DNA of 64,000 nt from Promethearchaeota archaeon (GCA_048938105.1 JBHLMN010000020.1:32001-96000), one strand, 5' to 3'; positions 37,907 through 48,607 are shown, counted from the stretch's first letter. Translations and numbers: made by a program. The notes: generated by a model from the letters alone, not told the origin.

Positions 37907-38920
37907 ATGGCTTTGATAAAGAGAAATGTTTCTGCTTTTTTGCTATCTTTCTCAATAATTATATTTCTAACAATAATTAATCCATTCACGACCTCTCTAT
38001 CTTTTATAGAACATGCTTTTATTGATAAAGAAAATCAAAATCTTAGTGATATTTCTGTGGCCTTTTATGATGGTGATGGAGCATGGGAGTATGGTAAGAT
38101 TGTTATGACAAGTGTTTTTGAATGGATGGGCTGTAATATCACAAAAATTCGTGGGGATGATATCAAAAACGGATGTTTGGACAAGTTTGATGTTCTGTAT
38201 TGGCCAGGAGGCCATTATCCAGCATACTGGGATGAAATGGGTTTAGAAGGAAAATCGAAAGTTCAGGAATTCATAAACGATGGAGGTGGTTATTTAGGGG
38301 TATGTGCTGGTGCATATTATGCCTGTGATTATATGGTTTGGATGGATGATGATGATTACCCCGCTCCTGAATATAAAGTGGAAGGAGATGAGTTGAATTT
38401 AGACCTATTTCCTGCGGTGGCATATGGCCCGATATTTGAGATAGTAGAGCGGCCTGATCCAGGATATGCTATGACTAGAATTGACATAATTGACCATACT
38501 CACCCTATTACTGACTCATTACCAGATTACATGCAAATACTATACTCTGGGGGGCCTTATTTTGAACTATATGAAAACGCAAATGCTACGATATTGGGTA
38601 GGTATAATATAACAGGAACACCTGCAATTACTGTATGCAATTATGGAGAAGGAAGGGTATTTTTGATAGGGCCTCATGCGGAAGTTGAAGAAAATAGCGA
38701 CAGAGATGGCCAAGAACCGATATCAGAGTTATCTGATGAAGGATCAGATTGGCCTTTGTTGTTAGAGGCAATGAAATGGCTAATAAACTATGAAACTGAA
38801 GAGTCACATGACTCTACTTCTTCTATTTCTGGTAAAAAATCCAAAATAACGCCAGGGTGGACATTAATTCTGATTATTTTTTCTATTGGAATACTAATCT
38901 TTAAAAAGGACAAAAATTGA
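37907..38920 (+). CDS. Secreted BPL-N / class I glutamine amidotransferase-like protein with C-terminal anchor
   Basis: LYWPGG, GGGYLGVCAGAYY, GPHAE; signal peptide; TPGW-TM-KKDKN tail. Confidence 0.85.
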   Translation: MALIKRNVSAFLLSFSIIIFLTIINPFTTSLSFIEHAFIDKENQNLSDISVAFYDGDGAWEYGKIVMTSVFEWMGCNITKIRGDDIKNGCLDKFDVLYWPGGHYPAYWDEMGLEGKSKVQEFINDGGGYLGVCAGAYYACDYMVWMDDDDYPAPEYKVEGDELNLDLFPAVAYGPIFEIVERPDPGYAMTRIDIIDHTHPITDSLPDYMQILYSGGPYFELYENANATILGRYNITGTPAITVCNYGEGRVFLIGPHAEVEENSDRDGQEPISELSDEGSDWPLLLEAMKWLINYETEESHDSTSSISGKKSKITPGWTLILIIFSIGILIFKKDKN

Positions 38921-38961
38921 TTTCTGGATATTCCTAGTCTTATATTCTTACTTTTTCAAGC

Positions 38962-39468
38962 CTAATCAGGTTTTAAGTGCTTCCTGAAAACAAAATCAAT
39001 TGTTTGTTTATGGAATAGAATAGTCAGTGCAAATACTCCCCAGAACATAATAACTATAATAGGAGAGGGGATAGCTGCGATAAGAAGCCAAGAGCTAAAG
39101 CTAGAATCGATTATTAGCATAATAAGTCGATAGAATATGTATAAACAGCTTATCACACCACTAGAATACAATCCTACAAGCATTAACCAACCAAAACGGC
39201 TTCTTATATAGGTTAACAATCCCCCAATCAATCCTACCGTTCCAAAAAAGGTAAAAATAAAACCAAAAAGTCGTAAAGTATATCTTATGCTTAGTTCATC
39301 ATATTCTCTTGTATCGTGTTCTAAACCTTCCATGGTGGGTAAATTTATATTTAATAGTAGCAAAGGTAAGCCTAATACAAGCCCTAAAACAGCAAATAAA
39401 AGGGTTAAGATAATTGTAATTCTCAGTTTTGAAGGGAGAACATATTCTGTTTTTCTTTGATTGATCAT
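38962..39468 (-). CDS. Hypothetical four-TM membrane protein
   Basis: Four hydrophobic helices. Confidence 0.7.
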   Translation of the reverse strand: MINQRKTEYVLPSKLRITIILTLLFAVLGLVLGLPLLLLNINLPTMEGLEHDTREYDELSIRYTLRLFGFIFTFFGTVGLIGGLLTYIRSRFGWLMLVGLYSSGVISCLYIFYRLIMLIIDSSFSSWLLIAAIPSPIIVIMFWGVFALTILFHKQTIDFVFRKHLKPD

Positions 39469-39723
39469 ATTTTATCAACTGCGGAATTTGTTAGTAATTA
39501 CTTTGATAAAAAGCTTTGGACACATGAACTAGTCCTTATCCAGTCATAAAAACTCGTTAGTGGAGTTTTAATATCTTTAATTATTATCTGAACTCAAATT
39601 CTTCTGAATAATCTTCGGAGAAATTCAAAGAAAACATTGACCTACTCTTCTGATAACAAAGTTGGGTGGTTAAATGATAGTAAGGGAGTCTTGAATTAAC
39701 TCAGATAATGGATGCAATAATAG

Positions 39724-40047
39724 ATGACCAAGAAAATGATATCAGCTAAAGTGTTGAAATCATCCCATCATGAATGTCTATTTCTAATCACATCCTACGA
39801 TGGCACAGTAACGAACTGTTTGACCCTAAAACTCTGGAACGAACCATGTCCACACCGCTGCCCATATTATAAAGCGGGACCTCCTGGGAGTCTGGAAGAA
39901 CTAGAAATGCAACAGTATCTCATCGATTGTAAAAAATTTAGTCGTAAATTGACCACCACAGGAAAAGCAATAGCCTATTGTAAGCTTCATCTGATGCGAG
40001 AACCACGCTGTCAGCAATGTAATTATCCAAATCAGTCTAGTGAATGA
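39724..40047 (+). CDS. Small Cys-rich putative metal-binding protein
   Basis: 8 Cys in two similar four-Cys units ending EPCPHRCPYY and EPRCQQCNYP. Confidence 0.7.
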   Translation: MTKKMISAKVLKSSHHECLFLITSYDGTVTNCLTLKLWNEPCPHRCPYYKAGPPGSLEELEMQQYLIDCKKFSRKLTTTGKAIAYCKLHLMREPRCQQCNYPNQSSE

Positions 40048-40201
40048 AAATTATGTTCCCAAATCTTTGACAGATTGTTCCATGGAGTAAAGTAGTAAAT
40101 TCAATTAATATGAGAGATTATAGTCTCTAAGTGAGATTGTTTAGTACAGTCACTACTGTCTCCTGATAAAACTATTAAGTATTTACTAGATTAGACAGGA
40201 A

Positions 40202-40795
40202 TTGGTGTGTGGTTTGACATTCCAAATGGATGCTTTTGAAGAATTAATGACAAATCCCACAAAAACAGCAATATGGGCAGAAATATTCCGAAAACCTGGA
40301 ATTACAGCAAAAGAACTCACTGAAATACTTAATTTCAAAAAAACTAAAACATACTACACATTGAAAGCGATGTTAAACTCTGGTTTAATCGAGGCTGAAA
40401 TAATTACTGTGAAAGAATCTTTCAGCCTAAAAAAATACAGGATTAGTAAGGGGTTCGAGGAATTCCTGAAAAATAAGGAATTCCCCAAAGAGAAACCTAG
40501 AGAAGCCCAATTATTCCAACTATTAATCATTCAATCATTGATAAATATTGAAATTAGAAAGATTTTAAATTCTACAAATGAGGAATTAAAGGAAAAAAAA
40601 GAGAAAATCTTGAAAAAAAATCGGCTTCCAACAGGAATTGGTGTAATACTTTATGCCATGGAGCGAGAACAAAAACTACTTAACGATTTTAACGAATTTT
40701 TAGAAACCAAAATCGATCTCAAGGATACTATAGATCCTGATACCTATGAAAAAATGTACGGATCATTCTTTTTTGGATTTGTTGGTTCTGAGTGA
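40202..40795 (+). CDS. Winged-helix transcriptional regulator (ArsR/TrmB-like)
   Basis: NPTKTAIW...PGITAKEL......TKTYYTLKAMLNSGLI. Confidence 0.8.
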   Translation: MVCGLTFQMDAFEELMTNPTKTAIWAEIFRKPGITAKELTEILNFKKTKTYYTLKAMLNSGLIEAEIITVKESFSLKKYRISKGFEEFLKNKEFPKEKPREAQLFQLLIIQSLINIEIRKILNSTNEELKEKKEKILKKNRLPTGIGVILYAMEREQKLLNDFNEFLETKIDLKDTIDPDTYEKMYGSFFFGFVGSE

Positions 40796-40997
40796 TCAGT
40801 GTCATCTTCGTGGTATTAGAATCTCTCAAATATTGATTATATAACTTATTTACATGAAAAGAACCACGAATTAATATTCTTGACTCCTTTATCTCATTAT
40901 TGCATGAAAAGCAAACTTTTTTAATTAATGTTCCGAAAAGTGATACGTTCCATGTTGTCGGAATATACTTTCAAATATAAGATATAGGGTATAAAAT

Positions 40998-41393
40998 ATG
41001 CCAGAAGACAAATTTAACGGTCAGGTAACCTTGTATGTTAGTAAAGTGGCCAAACCAGTACTAATTGAAAAGAATTGTAGTGAAGGACATTGTCATCAAC
41101 CTGTGGTTAATCGAAGACTTGCACAGATGACAAATAATCTAGAAGAAGAGTTCTATACAACTGAAACACAAAAAATAATAATTATTACAAAGAATTATTG
41201 TGAAAAACATAGGATCCCTCTGAAGATTCAAGATATAACTGGTCCTGGAAGGCGACTAAAATATATGTTATCAAAGAGAATTCTTAGAACCCCAGCATTA
41301 GAAGTTAATGGAATGAAAGAAAAGCTTAGGCTAAAATCATCCCCATCAATCAGCTCGAAAACCATAACAGAATTCTTGGATATGCTACTATAG
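40998..41393 (+). CDS. Hypothetical protein, possible thioredoxin/glutaredoxin-like fold
   Basis: VTLYVS, LKIQDI, RTPALEVNG cis-Pro-like motif; CSEGHCH insert. Confidence 0.55.
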   Translation: MPEDKFNGQVTLYVSKVAKPVLIEKNCSEGHCHQPVVNRRLAQMTNNLEEEFYTTETQKIIIITKNYCEKHRIPLKIQDITGPGRRLKYMLSKRILRTPALEVNGMKEKLRLKSSPSISSKTITEFLDMLL

Positions 41394-41505
41394 TAGAATA
41401 TTGTTTGTTTCGTCTTTCATCTAACTTTTCTTCTATTTACCAATTGTAAAGCTTCACTTGAATAGATGACAATACTTATAAGAATGGAAATAGTAGCTTA
41501 TACAA

Positions 41506-42222
41506 TTGCGAATGAGTTTTGTGATTACTAATATAGGCGTAACTACCTTAGAGTTTTTGCATCCACAATGGTTAGTACTCGTTTTTTCCTTCATTATTAT
41601 TTGTGAATTTCTCTTATTCCTCTTCTTATGGCATGACCTGAAGATTTCGTTCAAAGTTGCTTTTTTCGGTAATATTGGGTCAGCTCTAATAGGTCTTCTT
41701 ATTGCTCCTAGCCCTCTTTTCGAATATATATGGAAAGGGGTCATGAATGTAGGGTTCCTCTTTTCAATGCAATCTTATCATGAAATGATTAATAATATTT
41801 CTCTGTTAAGCATGTACATATTACTAGGTTTACTACTTGAAACAATAGCAGTTGAGTTTATTATTGCTCAACTGTTAAATGCACCAGAAATAGATTTACT
41901 CAAAAAAATTACCATTCCAAATATAGTAACTTATACCACGATTATTTGTCTCGCTTTGTTCATTGGAATGTCAGTAGAAACGTCTCCGATGGAGAATCTT
42001 CCACTAAATCTCTACTGGTTTATTAATACACCTGATACTCTCTGGTCTATAATAATTCTAATGTATTTCGAGTTGATCATCATTCTGATCATGCCAGTAA
42101 TGTTTGTTTATTATATTATAAAAGAATTAGATGTCCTCACTAATATTCGAAGGATTAAATCGAGAAAGAAAACTGTTCTTTCCAATAGACATGTTTTACG
42201 CCAAGAAAAAAGCCTTGATTAA
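41506..42222 (+). CDS. Hypothetical membrane protein
   Basis: Five to six TM helices, basic C-tail. Confidence 0.7.
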   Translation: MRMSFVITNIGVTTLEFLHPQWLVLVFSFIIICEFLLFLFLWHDLKISFKVAFFGNIGSALIGLLIAPSPLFEYIWKGVMNVGFLFSMQSYHEMINNISLLSMYILLGLLLETIAVEFIIAQLLNAPEIDLLKKITIPNIVTYTTIICLALFIGMSVETSPMENLPLNLYWFINTPDTLWSIIILMYFELIIILIMPVMFVYYIIKELDVLTNIRRIKSRKKTVLSNRHVLRQEKSLD

Positions 42223-42317
42223 ATACCTTCAAGTCATTTATTTTATTAGTTCAATTAAACAAAGCATAAGAACTATCATATAATTCCTAAATATTATAAT
42301 AAAAGCTTATGTGACTG

Positions 42318-43454
42318 CTAAACCGAATCCATGACTTTTCGTAATTCTGTCCTCATGGCTTCATGCAACGCGGTTGAAAATTTAATAAAAATTCTGTAAT
42401 AGTATATATTATCCTCAAAGAATTTCCTAAGTCTTTCTTTCTCTGTCTTATCTTTTTCTTCAATCACATTTACTTTTTCTAGATCAGGTAGAAACTTTTT
42501 TTGCATCATCATTTGGATTTGGGTATAATAACCTTGAACCCGACTCAATTTTCCCACGCCATAAGTTTCAAGATTCGCAGCTCCTTTATAATATTTTTTT
42601 CTATCCCCAGGTTTCTTCACTACTTGAACTACAGCTAATTCTTCCATCTTTGATAAGGCTTGAGACACATTGGTTCGATTGCTTTTAGTTATACCCATGA
42701 GCTCATCTTGGGTTACTGGTTCATATTCGAGAAACATTGCCAAGAAAACACTGATTAGATCTTCATTTCCTCCTATTAGCTCTGTACTTAAGTTAATCAT
42801 ATTAGAAATAAAATCTTGTTTAATATTTAACAGAGTATCCTCTTTAGGTGTAATTTCCTGAGAGATTAGAGGAAGATGAATCTCCTTTAGCAAAGTAGAA
42901 AAGTTTGGATTGAAATCTGGGTCTTCAAGCATTTGGTTAAGAAAGGGTTCAGATTTGCTAAAAACTTCTTTATAATAATAGATAGCGGTATAAAGATACA
43001 ATAAAGTGCTGCGAATATGTGAAATACTTGGTGTTTGAGGCGATAATCTATCCAATCGGGCTATTAGTTCTGGCATGAATTCCAGACTCATCTCAGAAGC
43101 AGCCATAACTGCAAGAAAGTTGTGTTTAATGTATGGCTCCAAAGATATTGGGCAATAATAGTATTTTTTTCGATTATGGGGCTTTTTAGTCTGAAGAATT
43201 GGGAATTCGCTTAAAATAATTGAAATACGTGACAGTGCTTTAGCAATCGTTGGTTTAGTAAAACCAGTAAGTACCTCTAAATCATCTGCAGTCAAATAAT
43301 TCTCAAGCATTAAAGCAAATATAATACCAGTGATTGTCTCATCATATGCCATAACACTGTAAATTTGCATCATATACTGAACATAATCGATTTTTACTTG
43401 AATAAAAGGATTATTGTCTTCCATTCGTTCCTTCACGTCACGAAAGGTGTTCAT
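42318..43454 (-). CDS. Tandem GbsR/MarR-type winged-helix regulator
   Basis: Two units: LTADDLEVLTGFTKPTIAKAL...RKKYYY and VTQDELMGITKSNRTNVSQAL...KPGDRKKYY. Confidence 0.82.
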   Translation of the reverse strand: MNTFRDVKERMEDNNPFIQVKIDYVQYMMQIYSVMAYDETITGIIFALMLENYLTADDLEVLTGFTKPTIAKALSRISIILSEFPILQTKKPHNRKKYYYCPISLEPYIKHNFLAVMAASEMSLEFMPELIARLDRLSPQTPSISHIRSTLLYLYTAIYYYKEVFSKSEPFLNQMLEDPDFNPNFSTLLKEIHLPLISQEITPKEDTLLNIKQDFISNMINLSTELIGGNEDLISVFLAMFLEYEPVTQDELMGITKSNRTNVSQALSKMEELAVVQVVKKPGDRKKYYKGAANLETYGVGKLSRVQGYYTQIQMMMQKKFLPDLEKVNVIEEKDKTEKERLRKFFEDNIYYYRIFIKFSTALHEAMRTELRKVMDSV

Positions 43455-43550
43455 TGCGTCGTTTTTAAATTTTTCGTTTTTTTCGAATTTTTGTCATTTT
43501 CAAAAGCTTTTTAAAGTATAATTTTGTTCACTCAAATAGAATCAAATTCA

Positions 43551-43575
43551 TTAGTTGCGTCAGTTACGCAATTAA
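43551..43575. promoter_or_regulatory. Inverted-repeat operator candidate TTGCGT-N5-ACGCAA
   Basis: ttagTTGCGTcagttACGCAAttaa between divergent regulator and ABC genes. Confidence 0.55.
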
Positions 43576-43630
43576 GAAAACTTTGGAAAAAAACTTTAAG
43601 AAAATAAAAATTCAAACGGAGTAAAAAGAA

Positions 43631-44572
43631 TTGAGTAAAAGTGTTGGTGAACCTGTTCTCCAAGTTTCTGACCTGACTAAAATCTATGGTCGGGAATTTA
43701 GTCTTGGGGACAGAAATTTCATGGGCCAGCGCGTCGTTGGCGCCCAAAATGTCTCTTTCTCGGTCAAAAAAGGCGAGATCTTCGGTTTTTTAGGTCCTAA
43801 TGGTGCAGGTAAAACCACAACTATGCGTGCTATCTTGGATTATTTGAAAATCCAAACTGGTGAAGTTACTATTTTTGGACTTGATCATCATCGCGATCGT
43901 CTTGCGATTCGGAAATGTATTGGGTATGTTCCTGGTGACATGGCATTATTTGAAAACTTTACGGGCAAAGAACTCCTTGAATATTTTGGTAAATTTCGAC
44001 CTATTAACGAAGATTTCCTCAATGAACTTCAAGCTAATTTTCGTGTTAAGCTCGAAAAGAAAATTAAGGCGTTATCTACAGGTAATCGTCAACAAGCAGG
44101 ACTGATTGCCGCTTTAGCCTCGAAACCTGACCTCCTCATTCTTGATGAACCTACAAGTGGCCTTGATCCGTTGATGACTGCTAATTTTCATCGAATTCTT
44201 AGAAAGCTTAGGGATGAAGGGTACACGATCTTTCTGAGTTCTCATGATCTCGCTGAAGTTCAAGCTGTCTGTGATCGTGTTGGGATCATCAAGGAAGGGA
44301 AAATGATTCTAGTAGAGGCGGTTGAAGACCTCAAAGCAAAATTTATGCAAAAAGTTACTGTGAGATTTAATGGTACATCTGTTCCAGAGGAAAATGACAT
44401 CAGACAATTAGAAACCGTTATTTCCGTTGAACGGACAAAAAATGATACCTTTGTTTTACAAATCAAAGAAGATGTGAATGAATTGATTAAATGGCTTTCA
44501 AATTATGAGATTAAACGTTTTACCTGTGAGGATGCCACTCTAGAAGAAATTTTCCTCCATTATTACGAATAG
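43631..44572 (+). CDS. ABC-2 type transporter ATP-binding protein
   Basis: GPNGAGKT, LSTGNRQ, ILDEPTSGLDP, SSH, LEEIF. Confidence 0.95.
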   Translation: MSKSVGEPVLQVSDLTKIYGREFSLGDRNFMGQRVVGAQNVSFSVKKGEIFGFLGPNGAGKTTTMRAILDYLKIQTGEVTIFGLDHHRDRLAIRKCIGYVPGDMALFENFTGKELLEYFGKFRPINEDFLNELQANFRVKLEKKIKALSTGNRQQAGLIAALASKPDLLILDEPTSGLDPLMTANFHRILRKLRDEGYTIFLSSHDLAEVQAVCDRVGIIKEGKMILVEAVEDLKAKFMQKVTVRFNGTSVPEENDIRQLETVISVERTKNDTFVLQIKEDVNELIKWLSNYEIKRFTCEDATLEEIFLHYYE

Positions 44573-44581
44573 GTGATGTGA

Positions 44582-45439
44582 ATGGTACATGTTTATTTGA
44601 AGAATTTACGTAAATCATGGTTGACAGGCATTGTGCCTCCCTTGTTTGTCGTTGGTTTTGTTGCGACAATAGCTATTGGTTTCCCCTCTTTACGAAAAAC
44701 AATACTTGATCGATTAGCACAAATGAGTAATCCGGTCTATCAAGCAATTCTAGGTGATCTAGGTCTTGAGGGCCTTGGATTGACTTGGCAAGGGGCTCTT
44801 TTCATGTATGCTGGAGGGACCATGAATATAATTCTCCTCTTTGTAGCTCTCTTTATACCAGCCCGACTTTTATCTACTGAGATCGATAAAAACACCCTGG
44901 ATGTTATGTTGAGTTATCCTATCCCTCGATGGCGCTATTTATTGGAAAAATTCAGTGTCTATCTTACTTACGGTCTTATCTTTCCGATTTCTCTTGGTGC
45001 AATTTTGATTGGATCAACGGAAGTTATGAAAATAGTGTATCCAGACGGTTTTGTATTTGAGGGTGAACCGTATAAGTATGAAATCGATAATAATCTTGTT
45101 TTAAATTACGCTATCGGCATTTTTTTGTTACTATTTGCGCTTGGGGCAATCTCTCTCCTTTGTGCGTCCATCTTCTTAGAATCGAATAAGTCCTTATCTG
45201 TTGCAGGTGCCTTAATCATAGGTCAATATTTCCTAGAAAGCTTAGGAGGATTACTGGCTGGAGTGTTGGAAGGATTTGTTGAAATTCAAGCTTTTTCCCT
45301 TTTCCACTACTTTAAAATTAATAGTATTTTGGAGACTGGAATGCTTCCATTCTTCGACATAGTCATTGTTGCTGGAGTTGGTATCATAGCACTCATCGGA
45401 GCCCTTGTTATCTTCCATAAAAGAGAATTTGCGATATAG
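44582..45439 (+). CDS. ABC-2 type transporter permease
   Basis: EIDKNTLDVMLSYPIPRWRY, SLFHYF, FHKREF end; about 6 TM. Confidence 0.9.
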   Translation: MVHVYLKNLRKSWLTGIVPPLFVVGFVATIAIGFPSLRKTILDRLAQMSNPVYQAILGDLGLEGLGLTWQGALFMYAGGTMNIILLFVALFIPARLLSTEIDKNTLDVMLSYPIPRWRYLLEKFSVYLTYGLIFPISLGAILIGSTEVMKIVYPDGFVFEGEPYKYEIDNNLVLNYAIGIFLLLFALGAISLLCASIFLESNKSLSVAGALIIGQYFLESLGGLLAGVLEGFVEIQAFSLFHYFKINSILETGMLPFFDIVIVAGVGIIALIGALVIFHKREFAI

Positions 45440-45566
45440 CGACATTAATTCTTTTCTTCTTTCCTTTTTTCTTAAAAATTGTTTAAATTGGACGTAAATC
45501 CTGGAAATATAAGTAGAAAATAGGATTTTTCTTTCTCCCATGAAGTCTATAGAAGAGTTCTGATTC
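45417..45566 (+). repeat. Degenerate direct repeat, copy 1 (includes permease 3' end)
   Basis: Matches 47957-48174, including exact TATAAGTAGAAAATAG at 45508-45523. Confidence 0.75.
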
Positions 45567-45635
45567 ATTGAAAATTTATAGATTATTGAAGTGTGTTGAG
45601 TAAAGAAAAAAAAGAAGAAAATAGTGGTTATTCAC

Positions 45636-47879
45636 TTATTTCTTGTATTTATATTTTCGATAAAAAATGACTCCAAGTGAAAGTAAGACAATTTCAAAAC
45701 CTGTCAGTGTAATTGGTGTATTCAAAGAAATTACGCTTTCTTCGCTAGATTCTGAACTCGTTGTTTTTTCTGATGTGGTTTCAGAGGTGGTGGTTGTTGT
45801 TTGTTCTGTGGTTGACTCTGGTGTAATGTAGATTGAATAATATTTTCCTTCATTGTCATTAGTAGCTTCATTTTTAGACTCGGATGCATCATATGCTTGG
45901 ATATAATACTCTATTTTTGTATCTGCGGCAAAAGATCCGATGTTTACCCGCCATGTTGTTCCAGATTGATACTCCATGGCCGTTGAAGTCCATCCTCCTC
46001 CATTAATTTGAATGTATGCATCTACGTTTGCTATTCCTGATTCATCTTCAATATCTGCATAAATAATTAGAGTATCCCCCTCGATGGGGTCAGAGGGAAA
46101 ATGATACACATTAGTTATCATTGGTTCAGTAGTATCTTCGACTTTAAATGAATAATAAGCACCGAAATTGTCATCAGTTACCATATTATGATCATCCGTA
46201 TCATCCATAGCAGTGATATAATACATAATTTCTTGCCCAAACATGAAGGGTCCTATTTCAGCTTGATACACATCATCAAATTGCCATATTAAAGCTTCAA
46301 CGACCCAACCAGTATTATCTATTTGATAGTACAAATCAGCTGAAAAGATTCCTGAACGATCTGTAATGTTTACGCTTATTGTGACATTTTCTCCCGCAGT
46401 GGGATTAACTGGAGACATTTCTACATTGGAAATAGCTGGAACATCTGGAGACACCACTGTTATAAAAACAGAATGAAAAACTTTATTCGTATCATCATCA
46501 ACTACTACCACTGTCAGATTATGAATACTTGGAGATTCTAACCGATAGTCCAGACTACACACTATCGGTACCCCTGAAAAGCATTCTTCCACAGCAATTG
46601 GATAACTATTCCAATATAAATAATATATCAGATTTTGTCGATCTATTGGTGTCCATGACACCTTATGACCGAGAGAATTCTGTTCAACCGTAATAGAGGA
46701 AGGTGGTGTGTCGATCAATGCAGGGGGAAGTATAATATCATCTTGGTAAACACGATCTGTAGCTGTTACTACTTCTAGGATGTAGTCTTCATCAAAATCG
46801 AATAATCGAAAGAAAAGGTTACAACTTAATGAATAATCTTTAGCAATTATAGTCCCATTTGATGCAAGTTCAACTATGGTGAATTGGGCACCATTACCTT
46901 CAAGTAATACTTCTGGCAATCCATCACCATCTACATCTCCTGCATGAGTATCAAAATGGGCTGAAGGGCTGTATGTAATGTTATATAGGTCGAGTCCAGT
47001 ACCATTCCATTCAAATTGTGTAATCGGATAATTTGGCACACCACCAACGTTTGCTAAACCACCAATAATTTCCAATTCCAGATCATTATCTATATCTACT
47101 ACTGAAAAAGCTGCATAATCTTTATTGGAATATGGACGTTGATATTCCTCTTCATATAAACCCCCATTATACCCGTACACATGTAAAACGGGAGTACTTG
47201 AAGTGATGATTTCATTTTCACCATCCCTATCAATGTCACCGATACCAACATCAAACCAAGCACCTCCAGAAAGAACTGCATCTTGTTGGAAATTTGTAAA
47301 ACCAGAATTCCACGAATAGATAAATGTGGACGTACGTGTGTTTGTAATCAATTCAGGATCCCCATCTCGATCAATATCGTAAACCTGAGGTGCACCATCA
47401 TAGAAATAGATGATATTTCCTTTAGTTTCCCACTTCCTAGAATATCCAGTACCATTCCATCCAATAAATACTCCGTGTCCTTGAAGATTCCCAAGAATTT
47501 CTGGAAGGCCATCCTCATCAAAATCGTAAACTAGATAAGGTACAAAAGTATCAGAAGAGTTGGGAGAGAGGAAAAGTTCAGCTTCTATTATATAACTTGC
47601 ACCTGAAGGTAAAAGGATTCTTACTGTTCCATTATAATAATTTCCAAGAATTATCCTTGATACACCATCAGGATGGCAATTCCCAACAGCAATACCGCTG
47701 CTAGAAGGAAAGCTCGTTATTGTATATAATTCAATAAAATTATGACTGATATTCGCATTATCGGTTGATTGAGCAACAACTGGGGAGAATTTGAGGGCTT
47801 GAGAAAATGAAACAAAAGCTAGAAATAAAGTAAATCCTAAAACCAAATATGAATTTGTCTTATTCCACAATTTTTTCAC
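45636..47879 (-). CDS. FG-GAP/VCBS-repeat surface protein with Ig-like repeats and C-terminal anchor
   Basis: DFDEDGLPEI, DIDRDGDPEL, DIDRDGENEI, DIDNDLELEI, DVDGDGLPEV; two D.SGI...YYI.A.D domains; Thr/Ser linker; TGF-TM-RKYKYKK. Confidence 0.88.
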   Translation of the reverse strand: MKKLWNKTNSYLVLGFTLFLAFVSFSQALKFSPVVAQSTDNANISHNFIELYTITSFPSSSGIAVGNCHPDGVSRIILGNYYNGTVRILLPSGASYIIEAELFLSPNSSDTFVPYLVYDFDEDGLPEILGNLQGHGVFIGWNGTGYSRKWETKGNIIYFYDGAPQVYDIDRDGDPELITNTRTSTFIYSWNSGFTNFQQDAVLSGGAWFDVGIGDIDRDGENEIITSSTPVLHVYGYNGGLYEEEYQRPYSNKDYAAFSVVDIDNDLELEIIGGLANVGGVPNYPITQFEWNGTGLDLYNITYSPSAHFDTHAGDVDGDGLPEVLLEGNGAQFTIVELASNGTIIAKDYSLSCNLFFRLFDFDEDYILEVVTATDRVYQDDIILPPALIDTPPSSITVEQNSLGHKVSWTPIDRQNLIYYLYWNSYPIAVEECFSGVPIVCSLDYRLESPSIHNLTVVVVDDDTNKVFHSVFITVVSPDVPAISNVEMSPVNPTAGENVTISVNITDRSGIFSADLYYQIDNTGWVVEALIWQFDDVYQAEIGPFMFGQEIMYYITAMDDTDDHNMVTDDNFGAYYSFKVEDTTEPMITNVYHFPSDPIEGDTLIIYADIEDESGIANVDAYIQINGGGWTSTAMEYQSGTTWRVNIGSFAADTKIEYYIQAYDASESKNEATNDNEGKYYSIYITPESTTEQTTTTTSETTSEKTTSSESSEESVISLNTPITLTGFEIVLLSLGVIFYRKYKYKK

Positions 47880-47956
47880 CTAGATGTGATTAAACTAAAT
47901 TCAATAATTCTTGTTAGTTTATTGATTCTAACTTAAATAATTAACCAAATATAGCA

Positions 47957-48174
47957 ATAAAAGAAGATTTTTCGATTTAGCGACACTAATTCTTCTTTTT
48001 TTTCTTTCAATCAATCTGGTTTAGTTATCGTTGATGTTTCTTGGTAATTTATAAAAGCTATTGCTAAAACATTGAGAAAAATCTGATTAATTTGGGCCTG
48101 AACCCAGAAATTATAAGTAGAAAATAGAATTTATTCTTTCTCCCCCATGAAACTTATAGAATAATTCAGATTCC
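47957..48174 (+). repeat. Degenerate direct repeat, copy 2 (about 70 bp internal insertion)
   Basis: Matches 45417-45566; exact TATAAGTAGAAAATAG at 48112-48127. Confidence 0.75.
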
Positions 48175-48304
48175 CGAAATAACTTTGGATAGTCTTTCTG
48201 CTCCATGTATTCTTCATTGAGTCTCTAGTTCCCTTGATGGATATCTTTTATTTTTGCCATAAAAATCACAGGACTAAACTAGATAGGATAATTCTTGTTG
48301 ATTT

Positions 48305-48574
48305 CTATTTTTCAAGTTTTTCTATTAATTTAATATATGCTTTCATAGCCTCTTCCTGTGACATTCCCTTTCTGGATGCCCATGCATCATACTTGTATCG
48401 TTCACGAATTTTTATTCGTCCTGGTCGTTTTCCTGTCACATCTCCTTTGAGTGCTTGCTTATATAATCCATACATTTCAAGTAAGACTTCTGGTGGTTGA
48501 TTTGGAAACTTATTTGCGCGTTGCACTACTTCTTCAAATTTTGTTTTTATAGAGGGGTCTATTTCTTCAGACAA
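48305..48574 (-). CDS. Acyl-CoA-binding protein (ACBP)
   Basis: LLEMYGLYKQALKGD, RPG, KYDAW...KGMSQEEAMKAYI. Confidence 0.93.
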   Translation of the reverse strand: MSEEIDPSIKTKFEEVVQRANKFPNQPPEVLLEMYGLYKQALKGDVTGKRPGRIKIRERYKYDAWASRKGMSQEEAMKAYIKLIEKLEK

Positions 48575-48607
48575 GGACTAAATCCTCCTAAATTTGTTAC
48601 AGTTAAA

